A stretch of 60,103 nucleotides of DNA, filler included. It is 3 parts of 3 records of this genome, joined end to end, with 100 filler letters (N's around TTAATTAATTAA, not from the genome) between each part and the next. Parts side by side here need not be neighbours in the genome. Positions count along the whole stretch, not along the records: positions 21,759 to 33,937 come from SRR22947727_1937; positions 34,038 to 60,103 come from SRR22947727_1940; 1 more part is not named here. One strand, given 5' to 3'. Within the stretch, counting starts at the first letter, position 1. Every line of letters begins with the position of its first letter. The translations under genes were made by a program, and so were the position numbers. Positions 24,636 through 34,722 of the stretch are shown here, piece by piece. The notes below the pieces were generated by a model that made no database searches, had not been told where the DNA came from, and worked only from the letters and a program-made list of their open reading frames with translations.

Positions 24636-26036
24636 TCAACGCGGTAGAAGATCGCGAAGGCGGAATTCTGCGATGCGTTCCACTTGGCGGCAGGCTTCGG
24701 CAAATTCGGTCTCACGATCATGGGTGATGCGTCTTTCAAAGGCGGCAAGGATGCTGGCTTTGCTGTGATCTCGCACTGCGATGATAAAGGGAAATCCGTG
24801 TTTTTGCACATAGGCGTCGTTGAGCGCTGTAAAGCGCGTGCGTTCGTCGTCGGTCAGCGCGTCAAGCCCGGCGCTGGCCTGCTCTGCGGTGCTTTCCGCC
24901 GTTAGGCGCTTTGCGGCCGCCAGTTTTCCAGCCAAATCTGGATGCGCGGTGAGCACGCCCAAGCGCAGCTCTGGGCTGGCCGAGCGGAAGGCACGGCATA
25001 GGGCGTTGTGTAATCCGGTCGCAGTGTCGTGCATGGGGCCAAGTTCCAGCCGGTGCGCGCGCTCTGCGACCCAGGCGGAATGCTCAAATATTCCGCCATA
25101 GGCGGCTGTGAACGCCTCTCGGGACAGGCCACTGGGGCGATTTTGGCGCTGATGGGGGTGGGTTTGGGTCCAATGATCAGCGATTGCCTCGCGGGTGGCG
25201 AACCAGACGCCCTCATGGCCCTGCGCATATTCAATGAAACGCTGCAGCGCGGCGGCGCGGCCTGGCCGGCCGATAAGGCGGCAGTGCAGGCCGATGGACA
25301 TCATGCGCCCGCCTTCCGCGTAGAGCGTGTCGAAACTATCCTTAAGGTAGCTGAAAAATTGATCGCCCGCGTTAAAGCCCTGCGGGGTTGCAAAGCGCAT
25401 GTCATTGGCGTCGAGCGTATAGGGCACAATCAACTGATCGCGCGCCTCAAATTCCATCCAATAGGGCAGATCATCAGCATAGCTGTCGGCGACATAGGCA
25501 AATTGCTCGGTTTCTGCGGCCAAGCGGACTGTGTTTTCCGAGCACCGCCCCGTGTACCAGCCGCGCGGTGGTGTGCCCACGACCTCTGTGTGCAGACGGA
25601 TGGCCTCCGCCATATCTGCGGCCTCATCTTCGGGGCTGGCATCTTTATATTCGATCCATTTGAGCCCATGGCTGGCAATCTCCCATCCGGCAGATTTCAT
25701 CGCAGCCAGTTGCTCTGGCGCGCGGGCCAAGGCGGTGGCCACGCCATAAACGGTGATGGGCAGGTCTTTGAGCATGCGATGCAGCCTCCAAAATCCTGCG
25801 CGCGCGCCGTATTCATAGATGCTTTCCATGTTCCAATGGCGCTGGCCGGGCCAGGCGGCGGCGCCGACGATCTCGGACAGAAAGGCTTCAGAGGCCGCAT
25901 CCCCATGCAATATGTTGTTTTCGCCGCCCTCTTCATAGTTCAGCACCAGTTGAACCGCAATTTTGGCGCCTCCGGGCCACTGCGCTGCGGGAGGGGTTGG
26001 GCCATATCCGGACATATCGCGTGGGTAACGTTTCAT
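24636..26036 (-). CDS. puuE: Allantoinase PuuE fused to OHCU decarboxylase (UraD)
   Basis: N-terminal LNYEEGGE, ESIYEYG.R.G.WR, GLHCRL.GRP; C-terminal FEHS.W, HPDLAGK, S..EQ..AG, Y..K.GFPFI.AV. Confidence 0.94.
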   Translation of the reverse strand: MKRYPRDMSGYGPTPPAAQWPGGAKIAVQLVLNYEEGGENNILHGDAASEAFLSEIVGAAAWPGQRHWNMESIYEYGARAGFWRLHRMLKDLPITVYGVATALARAPEQLAAMKSAGWEIASHGLKWIEYKDASPEDEAADMAEAIRLHTEVVGTPPRGWYTGRCSENTVRLAAETEQFAYVADSYADDLPYWMEFEARDQLIVPYTLDANDMRFATPQGFNAGDQFFSYLKDSFDTLYAEGGRMMSIGLHCRLIGRPGRAAALQRFIEYAQGHEGVWFATREAIADHWTQTHPHQRQNRPSGLSREAFTAAYGGIFEHSAWVAERAHRLELGPMHDTATGLHNALCRAFRSASPELRLGVLTAHPDLAGKLAAAKRLTAESTAEQASAGLDALTDDERTRFTALNDAYVQKHGFPFIIAVRDHSKASILAAFERRITHDRETEFAEACRQVERIAEFRLRDLLPR

Positions 26037-26107
26037 AATTTTCTCCATCTTGGGCTTTCCCTTTGCTTATTTTTTGCGCAGAGATTAGGGAAGCAAAAAA
26101 GGAATAG

Positions 26108-26464
26108 ATGATGAATGGGTTTTTGACCACACATGTTTTAGACACGGCCAAAGGTTGCCCGGCTGCTGGGATCCACATTGAGCTGTTTCGCTACGACAAC
26201 GGCCAGGCGATCAAACTGGGGGAAGCGGTGACCAATGCCGACGGGCGCACCGACAGCCCAATCCTGTCGAAAGAGGATTTTGCCCTCGGGCAGTACGAGC
26301 TGGTGTTTCACGCGGGCGACTATCTGCGCAGCACAGGACAGGCGGCACTGGCGCCATTGTTCTTAGATGTGGTGCCCATTCGGTTTGGCATGTCGCAAGA
26401 TGATCATTACCATGTGCCCTTGCTGTTGTCCGCCCATGGGTTTTCCACCTACAGAGGTAGCTAA
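26108..26464 (+). CDS. uraH: 5-hydroxyisourate hydrolase
   Basis: LTTHVLDT, TN.DGR, HYHVPLL, C-terminal YRGS. Confidence 0.96.
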   Translation: MMNGFLTTHVLDTAKGCPAAGIHIELFRYDNGQAIKLGEAVTNADGRTDSPILSKEDFALGQYELVFHAGDYLRSTGQAALAPLFLDVVPIRFGMSQDDHYHVPLLLSAHGFSTYRGS

Positions 26465-26475
26465 GGGATCAGATC

Positions 26476-27699
26476 ATGTATGATGCTGCAATATTTTGGG
26501 ACTGGATCAGCTTTGCCGTGCGTTGGCTCCATGTCATCACCGCCATGGCTTGGATTGGCTCATCGTTTTATTTTATCGCGCTGGATTTGGGGTTGAACCG
26601 CAACATTGACGGGCCCGCCGATGGTGAGGAGTGGCAGGTGCATGGGGGGGGATTTTATCACATCCAGAAATACCTCATTGCTCCGGAGGCCATGCCAGAG
26701 CATCTGACCTGGTTCAAATGGGAGAGCTACATGACCTGGCTGTCCGGCGTTGCCATGTTGATGGTGGTCTATTGGGCTGGCTCGGAGCTCTATTTGATTG
26801 ATCCGGCGAAGATAGATCTTACCACATGGCAAGCGATTGCCATTTCAGCGGGATCTCTGGCGATTGGCTGGGTGATCTATGACGTCCTGTGCAAATCGCC
26901 TTTGGGAGAGCGCCCAACGCTCCTGATGCTCTTGCTCTTTGCGGTCTTGGTGGCGATGTCTTGGGGCTATAATCAAATTTTCACCGGCCGCGCAGCGCTT
27001 TTGCATCTGGGAGCTTTTACGGCCACGATCATGACGGCCAATGTGGCGATGATCATCATGCCCAATCAGAGAATCGTGGTGGCGGATTTGAAAGCGGGGC
27101 GGGTGCCGGCGGCCAAATATGGCAAAATTGCCAAATTGCGCTCTACCCATAATAATTATCTCACCTTGCCCGTGATCTTTTTGATGCTGTCGAACCATTA
27201 CCCGTTGTCCTTTGGCACGCCCAACGCTTGGATCATAGCCTGTTTGGTTTTTCTGATCGGCGTGACGATTCGCCATTACTTCAATTCCATGCATGCGCGT
27301 AAGGGCCGGCCGAATTGGACGTGGGCGGTCACTGTGATCTTGTTTATTGCCATTGCCTGGCTGTCCTCGGCACCCGGTTTTGACGGAGATGTGGAGCAGG
27401 CCGAAGCCGTGCCTTTGACCCGTTACGAGATGCGATTTGCTCAGGCGGAGGGTTTTGAGCAGGCGCATGAAATTGTGCAGGGCCGCTGCGCCATGTGCCA
27501 TGCGCGCGCGCCGGCTTGGGATGGGCTGCGCTGGGCACCGAAAGGTGTCTTGCTCGAAACCCGCGCGGATGTGGCGCGCAATGCCCGCGCGATCTATTTG
27601 CAAGCGGGGGTGAGCCACGCCATGCCGCCCGCCAATATCACGGATATTCCACAAGAGGATCGCGCGCTTTTGACGGCCTGGTATCGCGCGGGGCAATAG
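26476..27699 (+). CDS. puuD: Membrane urate hydroxylase PuuD with cytochrome c domain
   Basis: RWLHV...AWIG.SFYF, HGGGFY, WFKWE, RS.HNNY.TLPV, CAMCH heme motif. Confidence 0.93.
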   Translation: MYDAAIFWDWISFAVRWLHVITAMAWIGSSFYFIALDLGLNRNIDGPADGEEWQVHGGGFYHIQKYLIAPEAMPEHLTWFKWESYMTWLSGVAMLMVVYWAGSELYLIDPAKIDLTTWQAIAISAGSLAIGWVIYDVLCKSPLGERPTLLMLLLFAVLVAMSWGYNQIFTGRAALLHLGAFTATIMTANVAMIIMPNQRIVVADLKAGRVPAAKYGKIAKLRSTHNNYLTLPVIFLMLSNHYPLSFGTPNAWIIACLVFLIGVTIRHYFNSMHARKGRPNWTWAVTVILFIAIAWLSSAPGFDGDVEQAEAVPLTRYEMRFAQAEGFEQAHEIVQGRCAMCHARAPAWDGLRWAPKGVLLETRADVARNARAIYLQAGVSHAMPPANITDIPQEDRALLTAWYRAGQ

Positions 27700-27714
27700 G
27701 GGCGACTTCCACTC

Positions 27715-27730
27715 TTGCAACCGGTTGCAA
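27715..27730. promoter_or_regulatory. LacI-family operator upstream of the iol operon
   Basis: Perfect 16-bp palindrome TTGCAACCGGTTGCAA with central CG, about 73 bp before iolD. Confidence 0.7.
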
Positions 27731-27803
27731 AAATAGTATCCTAACCAACGAACGGCTTGCCAAGATTGGGCAGGGTCTTTGCATTTAAATCGGAGTATTT
27801 TCT

Positions 27804-29675
27804 GTGGACACGGCAGATAAAACCATTCGCCTGACCACCGCACAGGCCATCATTCGCTATTTGGCGGCGCAGTATATTGACATTGACGGAGAGAAAACCC
27901 GCGTATGTGGCGGGGGTTTTGGCATTTTTGGCCATGGCAATGTGCCTTGTTTGGGCGAGGCCCTATACGACCACCGCGATGTGCTGCCGCTGTATCGCGG
28001 ACAAAATGAGCAAGGCATGGGGTTCGCGGCGGCGGCCTACGCCAAATATCACCTACGCCAAAAATTCATGTTTTGTACGGCCTCAGCAGGGCCCGGCACG
28101 GCCAATCTATTGACCGCTGCGGCCTTGTGCCATGCCAACCGCCTGCCGATGCTGATGCTTTGCGGAGATACGTTTTTGACCCGACTGCCCGATCCAGTGC
28201 TGCAACAGCTGGAGCATTTTGGCAATCCGGCGCTTGGGCTCAATGATAGTTTTCAAGCGGTTTGTCGCTATTGGGACCGGATCACCCATCCGGCGCAGGT
28301 GATCCAAACCCTGCCGGCGGCTTTGGCGACTTTGCTTGATCCGGCCGATTGCGGCCCGGCGTTTATCGCTCTGCCACAGGATGTGCAGGGTTGGACCTAT
28401 GATTACCCTCTGTCTTTCTTTGAACCCAAAGTGCACCGCATTCGTCAGCAAATGCCAGATGCGCGCGAGCTTGAGGATGCGATAGCTGCCTTGAAAGCTG
28501 CCAAACGCCCAGCGATCATTGCCGGTGGCGGGGTGCAATATGCCAAGGCCGTGGCCGAGCTGACCCAATTTGCAGAAGCTTGCGGCATCCCTGTGATTGA
28601 GACCATTGCGGGCCGCGCCAATCTCTTGGCCGATCATCCCCTGAACATTGGGCCGGTTGGGGTGACGGGATCTGACAGCGGCAATTGGCTGGCAGAACGG
28701 GCGGATGTGATCCTATCGGTCGGCAGTCGCTTGCAAGATTTCACCACAGGATCCTGGACGGCCTTTGCGCAAGATGCGCAATTTATCTCGCTCAACACCG
28801 CGCGCCATGATGCGGGCAAGCATCGCGCCCTGCCGTTGGTGGGTGACGCCAAGCTGGGACTTCGGGCGCTCACCGAGCAAATAGGGGGCTATCGCGCCCC
28901 CGGCGCTTGGTTGGACGAAGCGCAAGCCGAGCGCCGCAAATGGGACGCCTATGTGGCGCAGAATGTGAAGCCGGGCAATCGGCCCAACTCCTACGCCCAG
29001 GCGATTGGTGTGGTCAACGCGCTCTGCGATCCGCGTGACCGGGTTGTTGCCGCGGCAGGCGGTTTGCCCGCGGAGGTGACGGCGAATTGGCGGACCTTGG
29101 ATATTGGCACTGTGGATGTGGAATTTGGCTTCAGCTGTATGGGCTATGAAATCGCAGGTGGCTGGGGGGCACGCATCGCGCAAAGTGAGCTTGAACCTGC
29201 GCAAGACACCATCGTCTTTACCGGTGATGGCAGCTATATGTTGATGAATTCAGACATTTACTCATCCGTGCTGACGGGCAAGAAATTGATTGTTTTGGTG
29301 CTCGACAATGGCGGGTTTGCGGTGATCAACAAGCTGCAAAATAACACCGGAAATGAGAGCTTTAACAATCTCATCGCCGATAGCCCAACGATCGACGCCC
29401 CCTTTGCCGTTGATTTCACCGCCCATGCGGCGGCCATGGGCGCGATTGCGGAGCGGGTGGCCAACCCTGCTGAATTGGCAGAGGCGTTTAAGCGGGCCAA
29501 GGCGGCAGATAAAACCAGCGTGATCGTCATGGATGTGGATGCCTATGAAGGCTGGACGACCGAAGGGCACAGCTGGTGGGAAGTCGGCACGCCCCAGGTC
29601 AGCGCCCATTCTTCCGTCCGCAACGCCCATGAAGATTGGGAACGCGGCCGCAAGAAACAGCGGCGCGGGGTGTAG
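27804..29675 (+). CDS. iolD: THcHDO acylhydrolase IolD
   Basis: RLTTAQA, GIFGHGNV, NEQGM, PDPVLQQLE, EFGFSCMGYEIAG, GDGSY. Confidence 0.96.
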   Translation: MDTADKTIRLTTAQAIIRYLAAQYIDIDGEKTRVCGGGFGIFGHGNVPCLGEALYDHRDVLPLYRGQNEQGMGFAAAAYAKYHLRQKFMFCTASAGPGTANLLTAAALCHANRLPMLMLCGDTFLTRLPDPVLQQLEHFGNPALGLNDSFQAVCRYWDRITHPAQVIQTLPAALATLLDPADCGPAFIALPQDVQGWTYDYPLSFFEPKVHRIRQQMPDARELEDAIAALKAAKRPAIIAGGGVQYAKAVAELTQFAEACGIPVIETIAGRANLLADHPLNIGPVGVTGSDSGNWLAERADVILSVGSRLQDFTTGSWTAFAQDAQFISLNTARHDAGKHRALPLVGDAKLGLRALTEQIGGYRAPGAWLDEAQAERRKWDAYVAQNVKPGNRPNSYAQAIGVVNALCDPRDRVVAAAGGLPAEVTANWRTLDIGTVDVEFGFSCMGYEIAGGWGARIAQSELEPAQDTIVFTGDGSYMLMNSDIYSSVLTGKKLIVLVLDNGGFAVINKLQNNTGNESFNNLIADSPTIDAPFAVDFTAHAAAMGAIAERVANPAELAEAFKRAKAADKTSVIVMDVDAYEGWTTEGHSWWEVGTPQVSAHSSVRNAHEDWERGRKKQRRGV

Positions 29676-29677
29676 TT

Positions 29678-30667
29678 ATGCAAAACCTCTTGGCGGGTAT
29701 CGCTCAGAATAATTTTGTTGTAATTGGTCGCGCGGGGATGGATTTCTTTCCCGATCCCCCCGGAACGAAGACGGAGGAGGCGGAGGTCTTCACCGCCGGT
29801 TTAGGAGGGTCCTCGGCCAATATTGCGGCGGGGCTTGTAAAACTTGGCGGCAAGTCGGCTTTGGTGACCTCTGTCAGCGATGACAGCGTTGGGCGCTACT
29901 GTGTCAATCAGCTGAAAAATTATGGCGTGGATTGCAGCCATGTCAAAGCGGTTGGTGGCGAGTTTCGCAACTCCCTGGCCGTCTATGAAACGCGCGTCAA
30001 AGAGCATCAAAGCGTGATCTATCGCAATGGCGCGGCTGATTTTCAGTTTACTGCAGCCGACGCCGAGGCCGTCAATTATGGTGATTTCGGCGCTCTTGTG
30101 ACAGCGGGAACGGTGTTTGCGGCCGAGCCAAGCCGTTCTGCGGCCTTCCACGCCTTCGATCTGGCCCGCGCGGCCGGGCTGCCGATCATCTTTGATGTGG
30201 ATTATCGCCCCTACAGCTGGCCATCGCCGCAGGTGGCCGAGGAGGTATTGTCCCGTGCCGGTGCGCTGTCGGACGTGATTGTGGGCAATGACGAAGAATT
30301 CGGCTTCATGGCCGGTGGACTTGACAAAGGTCTGGCCAAGGCGCGCGCTCTGGCGCAGAGCACTGCGAAGATTGTGATCTACAAAATGGGTGAGAAAGGC
30401 GCGATTACCTTTGCGGGGGATCAAGAATTGCGCACGGGTATTTACCCGGTCACTGCGTTGAAACCGACAGGGGCAGGGGATAGTTTTATGGCGGGTTTTC
30501 TGGCCTCTCTGGCGCAGGGCTTGCCGCTTAAAGATGCGGTTCTGCGCGGCTCTGCCTGTGCGGCTATCGTTGTGGGCAAGCCTGGCTGCGCGCCGGCCAT
30601 GCCCTTTCCGGCCGATTTAGAAACATTTTTGGCCGCGCACGCCGGTCCCACAGAGGTGAAAGATTAA
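29678..30667 (+). CDS. iolC: 5-dehydro-2-deoxygluconokinase (PfkB family)
   Basis: GGSSANIA, DVDYRP..W, GAGDSF; position in iol operon. Confidence 0.92.
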   Translation: MQNLLAGIAQNNFVVIGRAGMDFFPDPPGTKTEEAEVFTAGLGGSSANIAAGLVKLGGKSALVTSVSDDSVGRYCVNQLKNYGVDCSHVKAVGGEFRNSLAVYETRVKEHQSVIYRNGAADFQFTAADAEAVNYGDFGALVTAGTVFAAEPSRSAAFHAFDLARAAGLPIIFDVDYRPYSWPSPQVAEEVLSRAGALSDVIVGNDEEFGFMAGGLDKGLAKARALAQSTAKIVIYKMGEKGAITFAGDQELRTGIYPVTALKPTGAGDSFMAGFLASLAQGLPLKDAVLRGSACAAIVVGKPGCAPAMPFPADLETFLAAHAGPTEVKD

Positions 30668-30670
30668 ACC

Positions 30671-31513
30671 ATGCATATAGCTCCCTATGACAATAAAAAT
30701 TCCCCCATTGTGGATGTGGATGATACCACGGTTCCGCTGAATTATTTCAACATCGTGAAACTGAACAAGGGTCAGGCCTTTGCCTATCAGGTGCCGGGCT
30801 ATGAGACCTGCATTGTTCCGGCCACGGGCACCATTGATGTCGATGTCGAAGGGTTCAAAACCGCCGGATTGGGCGGGCGTGTTGAAGATGTGTGGGGCGG
30901 CGAGCCTGAGGGCGTTTATGTGCCGTCAGGGGCAAAAGTGGAGATGGTGTGTCTGTCGGAGACCGCAGAGGTGTTCATTGCTGGCGCGAAATATGATGAG
31001 GTCCTGGATCCTTTTGCGGTGCGCGTCGATGAGATTGACCTGGTGCAATATGGCTCGGATGACACAAAAACCCATCGCAAAATCAAACATATACTTGGCC
31101 AAAAGCAGCATGGAAAAGTGGGCCGCCTGCTGGTCAGTGAGCTGTTCACGGTCGGTGCCGGCGGATGGTCGGGCTTTCCAAGCCATAAGCATGACACGGA
31201 CCGTCTGCCCACAGAGACACGTCATGATGAAACCTATAATTTCCGCTTCAAACCCAATTGGGGCTCGGGCGTGCAGATGCTACAGCGCGAGGACAATAAT
31301 CCGGGGGATGCCTATCATATCGTGGATGGCTCAACCATCTGTCTCGACAATGGCTATCACCCCTGCTGCGTTCTGCCGGGGTATGAGATGTATTATTTCA
31401 CCATCCTGGGCGGGTTGAGCCAACGTTCGCTCGTGCAATATTTTCAGCCAACCCACGCCTATCAAATCGAAACCATTCCGGGCATCAAAGACATGATCGC
31501 GAAATTCAAATGA
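30671..31513 (+). CDS. iolB: 5-deoxy-glucuronate isomerase
   Basis: G.WS.FP.HKHD, E.Y.FR, GYHP, PGY.MYY. Confidence 0.92.
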   Translation: MHIAPYDNKNSPIVDVDDTTVPLNYFNIVKLNKGQAFAYQVPGYETCIVPATGTIDVDVEGFKTAGLGGRVEDVWGGEPEGVYVPSGAKVEMVCLSETAEVFIAGAKYDEVLDPFAVRVDEIDLVQYGSDDTKTHRKIKHILGQKQHGKVGRLLVSELFTVGAGGWSGFPSHKHDTDRLPTETRHDETYNFRFKPNWGSGVQMLQREDNNPGDAYHIVDGSTICLDNGYHPCCVLPGYEMYYFTILGGLSQRSLVQYFQPTHAYQIETIPGIKDMIAKFK

Positions 31514-32349
31514 CCCTCGCAACGCTTGCTGAGGTGCTGCAACCGGCCCTAAAGCAGGGCTATGCGGTGGGGGGATTGGTGACCCTAGGTTGGGAAGATA
31601 TGCGCGCCTATGTGGCGGCGGCTGAGGCGGAGAATTGCCCGGTTATCCTGCAGGCCGGGCCATCGTGCCGGGCGCATACGCCGCTGCCGGTTTTGGGCAA
31701 AATGTTTCGGCATTTGGCGGAGGCGGCCTCGGTGCCTGTGGTGGCCCATCTGGATCATGGCTATACCTTTGAAGACTGCAGACTTGCCTTGGACAGCGGT
31801 TTTACATCGGTGATGTTCGATGGCTCGCGCAAACCTTTGCAGCAAAATATTGATGAAACCGCCGCAATTGCCGAGATGGCCCATGCGGCAGGCATCTCTT
31901 GTGAAGGCGAAATTGGGTTTGTTGGATATTCTGGCGGGGAAAGTTCTAATGGGACCGATCCTGAAGAGGCCGCAAAATTTGCCCGCGAGAGCGGGGCGGA
32001 TGCCATTGCGATCAGCGTTGGCAATGTGCATTTACAACAAGATAAGGAAGGCGGTCTGGATTTCGAGCGCATTGCTCAGATTGAGGCGCTAACGTCGGTG
32101 CCTTTGGTCATTCATGGCGGCTCTGGTGTTCCGGTAGAGCAGCGCCGACATCTGGCGGCAAAGACGTCGATTTGCAAATTCAATATCGGAACCGAATTGC
32201 GGATGGCCTTTGGGTCGGCCCTACGCGCCGCGGTTGAGGCTGATCCGGCGCGGTTTGATCGGGTGCAAATCCTATCGGATACGCTTGACCCGGTCCAACG
32301 TGCCGCGCAGGAGGTTCTGCGCGCCTTTGGGGCACCGCCGCAGCGTTAA
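31510..32349 (+). CDS. Class II aldolase (IolJ-like)
   Basis: HLDHG, SVMFDGS, GNVH, VIHGGSG, K.NIGTE; last gene of the iol operon. Confidence 0.9.
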   Translation: MTLATLAEVLQPALKQGYAVGGLVTLGWEDMRAYVAAAEAENCPVILQAGPSCRAHTPLPVLGKMFRHLAEAASVPVVAHLDHGYTFEDCRLALDSGFTSVMFDGSRKPLQQNIDETAAIAEMAHAAGISCEGEIGFVGYSGGESSNGTDPEEAAKFARESGADAIAISVGNVHLQQDKEGGLDFERIAQIEALTSVPLVIHGGSGVPVEQRRHLAAKTSICKFNIGTELRMAFGSALRAAVEADPARFDRVQILSDTLDPVQRAAQEVLRAFGAPPQR

Positions 32350-32358
32350 AGCCAGGCG

Positions 32359-33937
32359 TTAATCCTTTTTTGCAGGCGCTTTTTTAGCCGCTGCGGATTT
32401 TTTGGTGGTTGGCTTTTTGGCGGTGGTTTTTTTGGCGGTAGGTTTTTTCTTGGCCGCCGCTTTCTTCTTTTTGGCAGGCGCTTTTTGCGCAATCAGATCC
32501 ACTGCGAGTTCCATGGTGACCTGGGCCGGCTCAATCTCTTTTGGGATGGTGGCATTCACTTTGCCCCATTTCACATAAGGACCATAGCGCCCATCCATGA
32601 CATTGACCGGGCCGCCCTCGCTGGGGTGTTCGCCCAACTCATGCAGCGGCTTGGCGGCCGCGCCCCGTCCACTCCGCGCAGCCTTTTTGGCCAATTCTTC
32701 CATAGCCCGGTTCATGCCGATGCTCCACACTTCGTCGATATCGCCGATATTGGCGTAGAGCGTGCCGTGTTTCACATAGGGGCCGAAGCGCCCGATTGAA
32801 GATTCGATCATCACCCCATCTTCCGGATGCGGGCCAATTTCGCGGGGTAGGGATAAAAGCTGCACGGCCTTCTCAAAAGTCAACTCATCCAAGGACCAGC
32901 TTTTCGGAATGGACATCCGCGGTGGCTTGGGGTTTTCCTCCGTGACAGTGCCGCGCTGCACATAGGGGCCGTAGCGCCCATCGCGCAGGCTGATGGGATC
33001 CGCGCCATCATGCCCGAGCAGCTGGCCATCGGGACCGATGGCGCTGCTTTCGGTGCCGGGCGGTCCGAATGGGCGGGTAAAGCGGCATTCTGGGTAGTTG
33101 GAACAGCCGATAAATGCGCCACCAGATCGGGCTGTGCGCATGGACAAACGCCCATTGCCACAGCTTTTGCAGACGCGTGGATCAACCCCGGGCTCTTCCA
33201 TGGGAAAGAGATGTGGCTCAAGGACATCGTTAATCTTTTCAAGAACTTCAGTGATGGATTGATCCATCGCCTCGTCAATCGCGACCTTGAAGTCCTTCCA
33301 GAAACGGCTCAAAACCGTGCGGTATTCGCGATCACCGGCCGAAACGTCATCCAATTCATTTTCCAAATTGGCCGTGAACTCATAGCCGACGTATTGGCGG
33401 AAGAAACTGCTCAGGAAAACAGTCACCAAACGCCCCTTATCCTCAGGAATCAGACGGTTCTTCTCTTTGCGCACATAGTCGCGATCTTGGATTGTGGTGA
33501 CGACCGAGGCATAGGTGGAGGGGCGGCCAATGCCCAGCTCTTCCATACGCTTGACCAAGCTGGCCTCGGTGTAGCGCGGTGGTGGCTGGGTATGATGCTG
33601 CTCAGGGGTGACAGATTTTTTAGCCAGGGGATCGGCGGCGCTGATTTGTGGCAAACGCTTGTCATCTTCGTCAACAACCGTGTCGTCACGCCCTTCCTCA
33701 TAGACCCGCATGAAGCCATCAAAGAGCATCACTTGCCCGGTGGCGCGCAGACCGACCTGCCCATCGCTTGATTCAATTTCAACCGTGGTGCGCTCCAAAC
33801 GGGCCGCTGCCATTTGGCTTGCGATCGTACGTTTCCAGATCAGATCATAGAGTTTCTTTTGGTCAGCGTCGGATATCGATAGGCTGTCAGGGGCTTGGCC
33901 CATTTCGGTGGGGCGAATACATTCATGCGCCTCTTGG
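32359..33937 (-). CDS. topA: DNA topoisomerase I (5' truncated at contig end)
   Basis: In-frame QEAHECIRPT up to the contig edge, GIGRPSTY, one zinc ribbon, GRYGPYV C-terminal repeats, Lys/Ala tail. Confidence 0.96.
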
Positions 33938-34037
33938 NNNNNNNNNNNNNNNNNNNNNNNNNNNNNNNNNNNNNNNNNNNNTTAATTAATTAANNNNNNN
34001 NNNNNNNNNNNNNNNNNNNNNNNNNNNNNNNNNNNNN
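33938..34037. other. Artificial contig-joining spacer
   Basis: N44 + TTAATTAATTAA + N44; taxonomic character of the genes changes across it. Confidence 0.97.
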
Positions 34038-34570
34038 GGGGCTTTCGCCAAAGGAATTGTTTTTGCTCCAACAGGGGGAGCTGGCGCTGCAGGAACTCCC
34101 GGAGGTGCCGGTGGAGCTGTTCTTACCGGAGCGGCCGGTGGAGCAGGTGCTGACGGCGCAGGTGCTGACGGCGCGGGCGCTGGTGGCGGTGTCGGCTGTG
34201 TCGGCGCGGCCGGTGGTGCTGCAGCCACAGGAGCGGCTGATCCGCTTGCAGGAATCGGATCAGACTCGGCTGTAGGCGTCGGACGAGTCGATCCTGAATC
34301 AGGAATGGGAGCGGTATCCGCAGCAGGGCTTGCTGGTGCGGTTACGTCATCTTCAAGAATTGGAGTGGTCGGTGGCTCAAGGTGCTGGCCTTCGACGATT
34401 GCAGAGGTAGGTCCGGAATCATCGCTGGTTTGAACCGGAGCGGTCGATCCTTTTGGCGCAACAGGACCCGACTCATCGGATCGAGCACGCAAGGTAATGC
34501 GCACGGTTTCCTTCTTGAGTGGAACGGTTGACGTTTTGGTTGAGGGCTTTTGAGGATCGGTATCACTCAT
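34038..34570 (-). CDS. Pro/Ala/Thr-rich low-complexity protein (3' truncated)
   Basis: Open frame to the contig edge; PLKKETVRITL segment followed by a disordered Pro-rich tract. Confidence 0.75.
34143..34172. repeat. 15-bp tandem duplication in the Pro-rich ORF
   Basis: GCAGGTGCTGACGGC x2 (encodes APSAP x2 on the minus strand). Confidence 0.85.
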
Positions 34571-34722
34571 AGGTTACTGTCCGTGTTTATTTCGAAAAAA
34601 TTACTGAACCAGTATTTAGGCCCCGAATTGGCTTCGATGTCAATACCTTATTGCAGAACTGAGAAGTCTTCTCTTTTGTGATATCCTCTCAGTTTTGTCT
34701 GTATTGTATGAAGCCTTTCGAG

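Noticed and set aside
23456-27843. Long ORFs 23456-24367(-), 25029-26111(+) and 26845-27843(-)
   Set aside because: Antisense shadows of allE, puuE and puuD in GC-rich DNA.
33010-33771. 253-aa plus-strand ORF
   Set aside because: Antisense to topA.
32359-33937. topA, rseP and soxA as pseudogenes
   Set aside because: Frames stay open to the contig edge; truncation is an assembly effect.
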